This document shows positions 14,366 to 28,100 of a DNA stretch of 64,000 nucleotides, one piece after another. The notes beneath the pieces are model-generated. The model was not told the DNA's origin and searched no databases. It saw only the letters and a list, made by a program, of their open reading frames with translations. The number at the start of each line of letters is the position of its first letter. Position 1 is the first letter of the stretch. Origin of the DNA: Phoronis australis (lineage: Eukaryota; Animalia; Phoronida); assembly GCA_002633005.1 (NCBI GenBank), contig NMRA01000137.1:62001-126000 (forward strand). Direction: 5' to 3'. The position numbers and the translations under genes are program-made.

Positions 14366-15968
14366 ATTGCTTATCAAAAGGCATTCAAGTCCAGTAAATA
14401 AGACACATGTAAAACTACTATACCCACACAACAACCTTAGTTACCGGTTGTCACATCATTGACAAGAGAATAGCAAGATTAGCCCTCCCAAAGCAGGCTC
14501 CAACAATGCAACAAACGTTTGGATGGATATGCAGCAAACAACTCTCAGAACATTATAACATTCTAGTCTTCCAGATTTCCCCTCATTTTGATTTCTCTTT
14601 CACTGAATTCTGCTATAAGAATTGTTTTAATAATTACAACAATGTCACTAATAAGGCTAAAAGAACAATGTGCAGACATCTGTATGCTGATGGAAAAATA
14701 CACAGAACCAATGTGAATTGGAAACAAAGAGCATTCTTCTCTACTGAGAACACAAACGTGCCGGAAGCGTGTGACAGCTGACATTCCCTGCAGTGCAGAT
14801 GCACTAATAGTTGCACAATGATAAGACCACATTTACCTGCTTACATACCAAATGTACTTAAATTGTAATGCACAGCCTTAAACCTAAATTCTTCACAACG
14901 GCAAAGCCCTTTTTCCAAAAGGGGTCACTTATTTTTTAAATGCAGGTTAGAGGATATTCAAACATGTCATAAGTGTCAGCAAACAGGTCACGGAGAACAC
15001 TGAAGACATAAACGTGACTGTGAAGGATGTAACAGCACACTACGTCCTCAAATGAACGTATAAGGATAATTCCGCATTTATTACTACCGAACCTGTATAC
15101 AATCTATAAGAAACATATGCAAAACCCGCATGCAGTCAAACTTTGCTACTCAACATAGCTGATGAAACTTAGGAACGACTCACCAGTGTTGCTAATAGGT
15201 AAGGAACGAGAAAAACTGAAAACCAGGCAATATTGTTGTATCAACCAAATCTACATTCGTTTTACAAAATATACATACATTACAGTTATCAGCCAAATAA
15301 TTCTTTAATATCATTAACATCGCTTGGCACCATTAGACATCCGTGAAATGTATTTCACTTGCACTTTGACCTTACAACTTTTTGACCTTACAACCCTGTT
15401 GGCTAAGGATTATACTCCACAGCATGGTGAAAATCCATCCATGCAATAGGTCTCTTTTTTACTTGCATGAAAAATACATTTAGCAGAAAGCTATAGGCAC
15501 GATTTGATTTCATAAAACTTATCAACATCAAATTAATTCAGAGAACACATAAAATGGCCACAAACACGTTCTTGTTTCTGCGAGCAAGACCAAAGGGGTT
15601 GGAAACTAAACCACCTGCATGGAAACAGGTAATAATAACACTATCAAGTTTTATAGCACAAACATCCCCGTGGACATTTCCAGAAACCAAGAAGCTGAAA
15701 TTGTGTAAGTTGCAAGTCTCTAATATACCTTGTGTGAGCAAACTTCTAGTAATCTTAATTATTTACAAAAGATGGCTGTTAAAATGGCACAAAAACCAGC
15801 TCCATATGTTTCTCACCACATGTGTTCTCCGTTCCAATGACTGATGCCACATCAGTCTCTCAGCGTTCAACTATTTTATAGTTGAAATTCAACATATACA
15901 CTCCCATGCTTTATATTAGAATTTCATTTCACCACATTGCTATATTCTAAAGCAGTCTCTAGCTGACG

Positions 15969-16176
15969 TTACACAAACGTTGACATTGCCGATTCCGCTT
16001 TCTTGTCGTAATCTGGTGGCGGCGACTTTTTGGCACCGTATTGGCCAATGAATGAGCCATCCTCATTGAACTTGCTCGGGTCATCATCGTAAGCGGCCAT
16101 GCTGTCGTTGTCGCTCTCGATGCCTGGCTTGAGGTCACTGTTCAACGAAATCTGGCTCTTCCTGTATGGCTCCTCG
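15969..16176 (-). CDS. Nrg: Last coding exon ([11 protein letters not shown]...[45 protein letters not shown])
   Basis: FIGQY ankyrin-binding motif at 16038-16052; TAA at 15969-15971. Confidence 0.96.
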
Positions 16177-19100
16177 CTGCAGGAACAAAATTATGAACAA
16201 ATGAAACATTTACATGACCTTCTCCCCATATTTGTGGGAGAGCTACAATTCAATGGCTGCTAGCAAGGGTTGAATTTAACATTTGCACTATAAAGTAAAA
16301 ACGTTTTGAATAAAAATTTCACGACTTACATTATTAGAGTACAGAACTGAACGTCGAACCTGTCAACTTTCCCACAACTGCTCAAAATATCACAGAATAT
16401 TTTTGTTACAGATGTAAGCTATAAAATAACGTAATTGTTAGTGGTCTAGGCACAAATCATTTTGAATCCTGAAATCCTATGTGTGGAGAAAGAAGAAGCA
16501 TCCCAAACAATTTCAGCTGCCGTCCAATGACTTTTTGTTTTGATAATACAGACACCATGTCAATTAAAAACACAGATGGTAACTGATTATACTAAATTTT
16601 CTTTGGCCTAAAATGTAAGTTCATTATTATTTTTATTTAGAAATTAAAAAACAAAAATTCCACTTTTCTGTCATAATGGAGTAACTTTACCATGCATATA
16701 TAAACTACAAAACAGAAACGCAATTATATCAAAAAGAAATCAAAAAGCCTGATTGACAATACATCTGGGACATCGACCAAAGTTTAACATATTATGAACT
16801 TGAAGGTGGTTTACTTACGGTCTGGTGAACTCCCCAAAGTTCTGATCTTCTTGGTGAGGCTGGCCTCGTAAAAGCTCGTTCTCAATAACTGAAAAGAAAA
16901 CTAGATTGGGTCAACAGAGTATGGCTCATATGCTGAAGGTTGTCCAACATTTTACATGCTTAAAACATGGAAGGCCATGGAATTTTGTATAGAAGAAAAA
17001 TATTTTAATATTGTTCTTCTATAAAAATAGTCGAGATTTCCAAGAAAGAGAACCCAAAGCAAACCACTTAATACACCATTCTGCATATCTGAACGATACT
17101 GTACAGCATGGGTATTAAGATTTTAGGCTATACCTTCATACAACAGGCTCATTTTTTCTTCACCAGTTTGTGTTTCCAACTTAGTCTACTCTAGATGGCA
17201 TTTACAACACACTATTCTCTGAATTATCATCACGTGGACCATTTTGTAAATCACCATCAGGCCTTCACAGAGAATGTTAACTCCAAAATTTGTATGGAAA
17301 CCTAGTCTCACAATTGCATTCTCAGTGGCACGTTGTCATATTTGGGTGGGAAAATTCCCGCTTCTAACTGAAGCCAATGTTCTTTTGGCTCATGAATATT
17401 CAAACAAAAAATAATGAAAGCATTTTCGTAAGCAAATCGACCACTTGGGTAATTACCCGTCATCTCGTTTACATGTGAAATTTTGAAGTCCTGAATTTCA
17501 TGAAAAACTGCTAAATATGGCTGAAAATGAACAAAAACATCCCATAAAAGATTTGGACATGGGCGATTTTGCCAAATATCATATTTCATTTCACATGAAA
17601 ATTTGAGGTGCTATTGATCATAATTCTTGACTTTGGAACAGACTATGTTGCCTATTTCTGAAAATTGGTATACACTCGGAAAAATGTTTCACTATCCCAA
17701 ACTGGAGAATTTATATACTTTGCAATTACATATTGCAGACTAGATACTACAATAATTTGTGACTGGCATATTTAGAGGCTTGAACAGATTGAAAGCTGAG
17801 TGAATATCATGTAAGAGGCATCTGAATTTAATAATCACACAGGCAGTCTTTTTGTAGTGCTACCATCACCGCCACTGACACACCAATACAGACTCTCTTA
17901 ATGATATGCAGAAGCCAAACGTTCTTTGTAACACAAGATTCAATGAGATTTGGCAAAAAAGCATGACTTGTGCTCTAGTTTAGGAATAATTGAAAAAGTG
18001 AATGGATCCACACCTTCTCTCATGTGATAAGGATTGGTGCACATTTTCACCCTAGTCAATAAGTCCCTAAATTTAGAGACACTGGTTTTCTGTTTTCAAA
18101 AAGAGAAATTAGTTTTAACACATATAAAATTTGTTTTGTTGTAAATTAGCAAACCCATTTTTTCATTTCAAAGTATTTTCTGCTGAACTATGCCGCAACT
18201 TACAGATAACTTGCTGCATGCCATGTTTATTGTTTCTCAGTCAACAAAAATATTGCCACCATCGGGGGGAAAATGACCAACTAATAGAACACGTCTGCCG
18301 TCAAATGAGTGTCAATTGATTTGTTGAACTTAGTGGATTCTGTTCTTAAGTTTTGGCAATAAATTGAAATTTGTAAATTCCATTTGAAATGTCTAATTCC
18401 GAGACAGAAGTCAAGATTTCATAAATTTCACTTTAAGGCAGAAAACCAAGGTTCCTTTACTTCCTTAAATTTGCAACTTGTCTACTCAATCAAACACCAT
18501 GTACTGGAAACACAGACAAAAACTGTTTTAGTATTATTAATTTATAGCTTTTGTGTGCAAATGGTTTCCAACCATCCCATGAACAAAATCAAAGTTGGGT
18601 GGGACCTTAGGAAGATGCTCAAATTTATCCAACTTCAGAACATGCCTGGGAAATGGCTGACCGGATTCATTATTATGAAAGTGACTTAAAATGATCCATT
18701 TTTGTATGATGGGCTATCAAAAATAGGAATTTCAAGATTTTCACAAAAAATGAAAAGTTAGATAAAAGTAAATGAGAACTTTGAAACTAATTGTAACAGC
18801 ATTTTTGAGATTTCATCTTGATCACTTATATATCAAAATGAAATAAATACGTGATACGGATGCCGTTGTATAGTGATCGTGATATTGATAATGTAGCCTA
18901 GCGATGGTTGTATCTCAGGCGTACTCCAACAAAACTGACTGATACAATTTTTGCTTTAATTTTGACTATCTTACCACATGTGGAATTTTCAAAGTTTGGA
19001 AGCTAAGACAAATCTTTGACTCAAGTCAAAAAAACTAAAGCCAGTTTCTTGGAACAGGCCCCTGCTAAATGGAAGAACAAAGAAACAGCAAAAAGATAGC

Positions 19101-22100
19101 GGGTCCACGGGTCTAATCCTATTACTCAAAATTATGCTCTAAATAACTTGTCATTTTCTATTCTACTTTTGAGTGAACTCAAGCTAAGTGTATATTATTC
19201 TGTGCTCCAGTACACAACAGCTCGCGTCAATAACTGTCTGTAATCCTTGTTTGCACTAGTGGTAACCTCAGCATTAAAACGTATTGTTCGAGAGTCTAAA
19301 CGAAAAATTTTGAGGTTTTACTTGAAATGTTGAGTTTGTATCTTGAATCTAGGGTTCATCAGGTGCAAATTTGGATTAAAAACTCACACGAATAGACCAT
19401 AATTTACTTTAAGCTCAGAATAATATATACTTCCCTTTACTTCACAGAAAGGTAGAATAGAAAATACCAGAAATCATAGAGTTCAATTTTAATAAAAAGA
19501 TTAGACACTGGAAGCTAGTTTTTGTGCCGGGCATTGAGAGGAACTGTCATTACCATAGCCTCCATTTCCGTCGGTGGAAAGAACTGAAATTGTGCGCAAC
19601 AGGAGAATTTACAAAAGAAGAAAATGAGGTAGTGCATCACGGTATTTATAGCCATTTCAAATGTTTTCAGCTCTAATTATCAAAAATTTTCAACATTAAA
19701 CACGTTTTGAAATGATTGCAAATCCACAATCTGTCCACAAAGTGAAATTTTTGATTTAGACCATTTACTGCAAAATAAAAATTGTATCAACTTGATCCTT
19801 GCTCAGATGAACCAAACATTTTGGGTTTGTAAAGAATTTTCAGTCTGTTATAGCTTGAAACCATGCTCAGCGCATAAAATGACACGCAGTTACAGAGCCT
19901 TTAATTTTAAGCCATAAGAAACTGCCAGTTCTCTCAAACTCCTGTAATCAGTTGCTCAATTAGACTAAAGAACAAGTTGTGACCAATTTCAGAACGGCCC
20001 GTAAGTAATCTAAATAAGAAGATAGTTTTTGTAATGGAAAGCGGGTATATAATCACTTTAAAACAGTACTTCATTGCAAAATTCGACAAATGAAATTTCA
20101 CTTGTTTTAATCCAAACTAAAAAACTTTTACCAAAATCGGACAAAATTCCATTGCCCACATCGTCGTTACAACTAACGATGTGTCAACAAGCATCAGCAG
20201 TCACGACAGGTGGCTAATCTGATGTGGAATTTCGCTTCCACTTAGCAGTCCTGATTACAGATTTCTTGAATATGGATATCTGCCAAGGTTCATGAATTGA
20301 TATTGGTCATCGACCCCAACTGATCTCCATTACAGGTAGCCACGTGCCATTAAATTGGTGCAATACATTTCCTAACTCTAGGGTTTGTTTCTTAAAATGA
20401 CTTCAGCCAATTTATTAACCCAGGGTCCTGTTTTAGGAAAGTGACTAAAGATTTAAGACAGACATTTGGTCTTACACCCCTACTTTGCAATTGCTGAAGA
20501 ACAGTTGAGCCAAGTAATCATTAGCACATCGGAGTCCAGTTATGACCTATAGAAATTGCAGCCTAGTTATAATCTACAGAAATTATCTCAGTAACTGGCA
20601 GTTATGATTGTGCATATTCTCAGAGACTTTACACTTTTGTTCCAGTGAGATTTAATTATTTTTCAGAAATAGTTATGTGGAGCATGAGAACAAAATTTCT
20701 GTCTCAAGTCTTAGGTCAGTTTTCATGAAAGTGACCCTAGGGGAGGTCAGTGCGCTTGCTTTTATTATCAGGGCTTGGAATGACCAATAACAAAAAGAGG
20801 GAAATTTCCAGGTGATGAATCGTTCCACAAATGAATAGGCTTATCTGATAGAAATGTTTTCTTGCATTGGAAAATTCAATTGAAATATTTTTACATGAAT
20901 AACGTCTGAATGATGATAAAAAAGAGATGAAAACCAGGAAACCGGATATCAAATAAGAGAAAATTGAATTCAAAAAATGAAATTCTATTAAAAGAGGAAA
21001 ATTCCAAGAAATGATCAAAGACAATAATAAACTGCAGTGTGACCACATCCAAGAAGGGTAAAGTAACCTATCAAACATATGGTTATGTATTGTGTTCAAC
21101 ATTGACGATGAAAACATTTACCAATAATGAACAGAAAAAAATCTTTTTCTGTTCAGACATAATAGATAGTTCCCACCAAACGAAGAAAGGGTCAGTCAAG
21201 AAATTGATCTTTGGAATTTATTTAGAAAAAGTTCATTTACTTAAAAAATATTATTCAATGCAATAATAATTTGAGCCTGTCCAACCGATCATACAACAAT
21301 TCCTCATTTTGATAAGAAAAATGAAGAAAAATATTTGAATTTTCTATCAACTAAAAAAGTACATGACATGACATGAAAAAAGAACTTCCTGAACTTATAA
21401 ACATTAAATTTCCGTTGAGCTAAGGCAATGGTGGTGAAGTCTCCCACCAGGGCTCAACTTCATAACCTTTGACCTTTTCTGCAGTGCTGACGCCTGGTAA
21501 GAGAACCATTCAAGCAGACATGTGAGTAATTGTTTGCTACCTACCTGGGTACTTCTCACCGCGGTTCTGTCGAATAAAACAGACTATGATGAGAATGAGG
21601 ACAAACACGGCAATGATGATCATTAGGGCGATGAACCAGCTGGCTCCAGCTACGTTGGTGACGGCACCCCCGACTGAAAAAGATGCAGCCGTTTTTAGTT
21701 AACAGAAATTGAACATTAATGAACACTGCACAAGCTTAGCCAACCAATTACCGTACTTGGCCGGGTTACCGCAAACACTGCTTAAACTGGGGAACTCAAA
21801 AATCAAAGAGTAGGCACTTGGCAAACAAAATTGTGAAAAGTAGCCAACGGAAACTTACTTGAATGGTCGAGGAGCAGCATTGACAGCGGACTTTATCATC
21901 CAGAGGACAAATAAAACAACGGATTGCAGACAACGTGGTAAATTCCCAATGTAAATATTATACGTGGAGTTTGCACTCACCAGCAGAGCATTAGACTGTG
22001 ACCGCAAGGTTGCGGGTTTGATTCTGCGCTGAGGGTGAATCCAGAAAAAAATATTCTCATCAATAATTTCCTATAAAGTCAAACTCACCTTCACGTACGT

Positions 22101-25100
22101 CTTCAATCTTTACCGTTTCTGAGTCACTGAAAGCCTCATATTTGTCTCCATTGGACGCCACAACGCGCACCTCATAAGTGTACCCAGGGTCGAGGTTCGT
22201 TACATTGCCCCAGTATAGGTCAGACTCGAATGGCGTCCTCTGCCACTCGGTTGCCTCTGAAATCACACAAAGATAGCAAATCAGTTTCGGCTCTTGACAT
22301 CACAATTCAGCTATTGACAATAATTTTCGAAAAAAGTCACCTGGCTTCATCAAAGTTATGGTGAAAACCCAGAGAGTAAAGCAGATGAAAAATAACACAA
22401 AATTATTTGAAAACCATCCAAAAAATTTTACTTGTGTTTCCACCAATACAGAAGTGGCTGCAAAAAACAAACAGAGAAACAGTTACAATGGTTACTAGGT
22501 AACGCAGAATAAGTGGAATCCACCCAAAACCAAAAACAAGAAGGCGTCATTGTCTCCTTATAATAGATACTTATTTGCTGAATTTCATGAAAATCTCTCA
22601 CGGACGGCTGAAGATACAGAAGCAACAATAACAAATAAAATTGCCACTAGGGGGCACAGCAGTAATTAGATCCGTGCAAAGATCTGCATGTGCCATCCCA
22701 GTCATGATAGTAACACGTCTGCAAAATTTTTATAACAATCGCAGGGTTTTGGAGATACAGCAGCAAACACTGGTAGCATGGACAGGGATGACGGCATAAT
22801 GTGATCGCACGTGGACACACAAAAATGAAAAAAATTGCAAGTGACCTCACGGTTATCAGCAAGTCTAGTGTATTTACTCCAACATGTATAAAACTATAGA
22901 AGTTAACACAAAAAGACATAATGTCTAAAAATCAAAAGCATGAGGGCATTTAGTTTTTAACATTATACCAACCTACCAATGATAGATCAAGATAAATTTA
23001 GAAAAAATGTGATCAAAGTGTATTCAGATAACAACAAGGAAGTCAATAACACGGTCAGGTTTCAACATTACACCAACCTACCAATGATAGATCATGATAA
23101 ATTTAGAAAAAATGTGATCAAAGTGTATTCAGATAACAACAAGGACGTCAATAACACGGTCAGGTTTCAACATTACACCAACCTACCAATGATAGATCAT
23201 GATAAATTTAGAAAAAATGTGATCAAAGTGTATTCAGATAACAACAAGGACGTCAATAACACCGTCAGGTTTCAACATTACACCAACCTACCAATGATAG
23301 ATCATGATAAATTTAGAAAAAATGTGATCAAAGTGTATTCAGATAACAACAAAGACGTCAATAACACGGTCAGGTTTCATTTTTTTGATAAAAGTAAACA
23401 GTAACATGAAATCTTAATGTTTTATGAAACTTTTAGTTAATCATCAAGTCACAACTTTCAACAAAATCTTGAGCAAAAACAATATGCCTCACAGCGCTTT
23501 AGAGAGAAGCGCAAATCAAATCATAGCTAATCTTAGACTTTCATCTGAAACAGGCCTTCTATTTCCAACCTTAACGGTGCTTCAAAGTTAGCCCAATTAA
23601 GATACTTTTCCAGGCTTACACATAACCTTAAAAGAGATATATAGCTGCAAAATACAAAGCGTTTACATGTACCTGTTTTCCTGTACTGAATGTAGAATGC
23701 GCTGGCCGGTTTGTAACCTTTTCCTGTGCTTGGCGTCCAGGTGACGTTAATGGACGTGGGGTATACACCAACTATTTTCATGGTAGGCTTGCCAGGTGCT
23801 AGAACCAAAATTTTGCAGAGCAACTATAGCACATTGAATGCGAACAGCTATATGTTAACATTTATCTGTACTGATGCATGACATCATACACAGAGGCCAA
23901 ATAGTGATTTAAGTGAAAAGTGATTTAAGACTAAAGACAGAAATTTGACACCTGGGGCTCAATACACGCATTACGTATACGCTACAGTAAAATCTGGATT
24001 TGCAGAAAGAAGTCAAAAATAAATACGTCAACCAGGCGTCCATCTCATGAGATTCAAGACTTAAGACAGAAAGTTGGTCTTACCCTCCCACAACTGCTGC
24101 AAAAAGGTTTAGCTAAGTAATTATGAGAACAGTCTTGCCCAGCTTTTTATTGGCTAAGGAGAAACCTACTGGATGGCACTGTTACATGCCTACAACATAT
24201 AGTGCATGGCAACAAATGGAAACGTCTGTCCGCTTTCCTAAAGGAGACTGGCAGACTTGAAAACTTTCTTCACGAGGAGCCATAATTGGGGTCTCGTGCC
24301 TTTGCTCAGGTGTTTTGTGCAATGGGCCCAACCATGAGGCCTGCGCACGTCTGATGCACCGCAAATGACATCAGACCGCCTGCACTGTTTTTTTTTAATT
24401 ATGAGAACAATACATCTAGCCTAGAAATAATTTATAGAAATTATCTCAGTAACCAGCTGTTATGTACAATTGCAGAGACTTTGCACTTTTGCTTAGGTGA
24501 CATTACTCAATTTTTCAAAAATAATTGCACAGAGCGTAAGACCATTTCTGACTCAATTAAGTTACTATTAATGAAACAGATCTCAGCTTTCTAATTAATT
24601 CGTCATAGCATATAGCTCATTAGTCCTAACAAGTCGTCACTTTTACTTCGGTTCTGATTACATACTTCTAATACTTGAGCATAAGATGTCAACTGGAGAA
24701 GTCGTCACTTTTACTTCGGTTCTGATTACATACTTATACTTGAGCATAAGATGTCAACTGGAGAAGTCGTCACTTTTACTTCGGTTCTGATTACATACTT
24801 ATACTTGAGCATAAGATGTCAACTGGAGAAGTCGTCACTTTTACTATGGTCCCAAAAGTGACCAGTAAAGTGTGGCAGAGTATATTTTTAAAGGTGCCAA
24901 ATACTGAACAAATACTTACAGGTTAGTTATTCACGAAAACAGATCAGCAGTCTAGTGCTATCTTTTGCCCGAAAAAACCCATTCTGCGCTTTAAGTCGAC
25001 AAAAGCAAACAAAAATAAAGCACTATTGAAAATAGAGAAAATTGTGGCATGGTTGTTTCATAATATCATACTTACACTCTGACATGGGCGAAACACAACT

Positions 25101-28100
25101 CATTATCACAGACATCGCAATCAAGTCCAATATTGTACAATAATCCATAGCTAACTGTACTGTCAGCAACCAACTAGATGAGTATACACAATGCGACTTA
25201 TTCCTCTAGAAATCCAAATTGCGGCTATAAGCCAATGAAATGTTCCACTGGAATAGTAGATAATATCGAGTAATTAACGCTGCTAAAAGCTTAACACTTC
25301 TTCTTATCTCCTCTAGATGCAGCAAAAAAATTCCCCAGTTTTACTATCCGCCGAAAAGTCTGATCTGAGGCAGTTAACAACTGTACAGCACTCCTAGGTA
25401 ATAACACACCAAATGGCAAGATAAACCTGGTGTTTACCTTTAATTCATACTCATTACAGGGCTTGGCAAGCAGAGTTGTCAAACACGCAGTGTGGATTAG
25501 TAAAGAGGTAAATTGAAATGCTTGATTAATGACCAAAAGCCAATGTTACAGAGCCCAGGAATCAGGGTTCAAATGCAACTGATGCCAAACATGTGGAAAG
25601 GGCCTATATTGTAGATTCACAACCAAAGGTAGAAAAAGAAATGATGACACTGCATGTTCCTCTTGGATGATTTACAAAATCATTTTTACCGGTATATAGA
25701 TTTTTGGTATACGGATCTCAGTCAATATTGCAGTGTTTGGAATGACCAATGACAAAAAACGCGGAAACTTTTAAACTTTTACAGCCCAAATCATCGCCCT
25801 ATAACCAGCCTAGAACTGGACAATGTGAACCTTTCCCCGACAAAAATCGAGAGGACTATAAAAAAAAAAAAAAAAAAACGTTACCACCATCAGTAGCATG
25901 CGTCTGCGTCCTTTTAGCTCGCCCGTCTACTCCCAACCCACACAATTTTGGCTGCAGAGCGGTAGTATTTGTCGCCGCGCTTAACAATAACACGAGACGC
26001 CATTGAAAATCACACCACGCTATCCCAGGTGCCCCGCCAATGTCGACAATTTACGTTCTTCCGAACATAAAGAGCAACTTTCGCTTTTCGAGGTGAACGT
26101 CGTCTGCAACGCCGCGGTAAGAAAGGAATTTGCCGCGGATATTTTATATCAAATCCGATTTTTTTACGCGGAAATATTATAAAAAAAGCGGAAAGCACAT
26201 TTGAAAAAAGCGGAAATCCGCGTTTCCGCGAAAAATTCCAAGCCCTGATATTAACAGCCTGCGGCAGAATCTAGATAATGAGGATTATCAAGTATTTCTA
26301 AACATGAACTTGACTTGCTTAACTTACACTGAAGAGAACACTGTCAATTACTACATGCAAGTAGCCTACATTCCAAGCCTTGGTGTATCAAAGCTTACAT
26401 CATATATCCTTTGTTTAGTGATTAAATAGTGTTTTCTCATGTTGGGTAGCCAAATACATTTAAATAAATATAAAATCATTGAAGGAAGGATTTACACGCA
26501 GTAATAAAATAAATAAATGATCTCCAAAAATGAAATATATTAAAATATTTTCAACAGTTAACCAATCTCTTAGAAGCAATTTAATTAAAAATGTACAAGT
26601 TTCAATTGCGGTAAAAAAATACTTTTGTTCAGCAAAGCCTTTATATCCTTTGAGTTGGCATGTTGATGAGCAATCCGTTTGACGACCATGGAATAACCGT
26701 GTGTGACTAACGCATACCAATCTCTGAGCAAAACAACTGAATAACCAACATTATTGCTTAAAACCACACCAGTGGGCCTCAATGGAATATTACTTGGCAA
26801 TTTTAACACATATTGCACACCACATCACCTAAGCTGCCACCAGTATATCCAGCTACCCTATCAACTTTTCTTAATTAGAGTCAGATCAATCCTGACCAAC
26901 TTTGAAGCAAGTCCAAGTCTATTCTCAGAGTGTTACGCAATGTCTGAAGCAAGGTATTAACCTTAGCAATGTTCATGTTTATGCAATGCTTGAGGTATGA
27001 TTAACCTCAAAGCATGCTGTGGGAATACCTGGCCTAGGGAGCAGCTGCAACCAATTGAATTATGGAAGGACGTTTGCCTTCACCAGAATTTGGTAACATT
27101 TACCCACAATGCCTTTTAATGATACCAACTGCTCATTACTTAGAATCGTCTTCATTATTATAAAATTTTCAGTTTACTGTATGTCCATAAAGAAAATAAT
27201 AAGAGACAATAACATGAAAAGTAAACAGTAAATGAGAACTAATCAAGAGGCTGCCAAATCACTTTCAAACTACTTTGGGATATAGGTGAGAATAGACCAA
27301 AATTTGACATCTTCTTTACTGTCTGACGTTTGCCAGCTCAGTGTGTGTCTCCAGTGAAAAAAATGCAGCTAAGATGCCAGCAATGCCAGCTGGTGAGAAA
27401 ATCTTGACAGCGCCCACATACAGTCAGACCAGTTTAGGAAAATTTATAACCAAACTACAAACCTGGAGAATTCAACATCAATGAAAATTACAACACTGTC
27501 CCTCTATGCACAGTCAAAAGGCACTAAAGCACAGTTCAGCGATTAACAAGTTAATGAAAATTCAAATAATAAAACCAATTTTCTGAACACAGCAAAAAAA
27601 CCCTAAGCCACATAAATCCATCAATGATCCCAGAAAAATCTGAAACAATGTCAATCAAATGCCAATGAACTCAACACAGTTATGGAACAATTAAGGCTCA
27701 GTAAAAACTCATAAAACTTTGTCCAGTTCCGAACAATTCATAACCAATCCATTCAAAACCAATCAACAAGAGTAGTATTGAAATGCGCCCACGAATGAAC
27801 CGCAAATGGTGTGCTTCTAGGAGTGTTTATTTGTATCATAAAAATGGCCACTAGATGGCGCAAAATACATTGAAACTATCCAAAAACGAGAACATGTTGT
27901 CATCCACTATCAACTTTATACAAGTATACTTGCTACATTTAATAAAGTTCCTGCAGTGGGTTTAAAAGAAACAGCTATGGGCGCAAAAAACAAACTGCCA
28001 CTAGGAGGCGCTACAGTGGTTTAAGTCATCAGAAAATCATCGTCAACCGTCCTCTTCACACTTAGAACACATACCAATTTTTACAATCATCCTTAGAGTG

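Noticed and set aside
16330-16346. 17-nt candidate exon giving a short tail ending ...TRPSVL*
   Set aside because: Good donor, but the acceptor has no pyrimidine tract and the exon is frame-shifting; likely chance.
21975-22035. tRNA-like segment (also ~41185-41260 on the minus strand)
   Set aside because: Only a degenerate B-box and anticodon arm, no full cloverleaf; at most decayed SINE heads.
22979-23404. 141-aa repetitive ORF
   Set aside because: By-product of a 105-bp (3n) tandem repeat, antisense within an intron; no splice or domain evidence.
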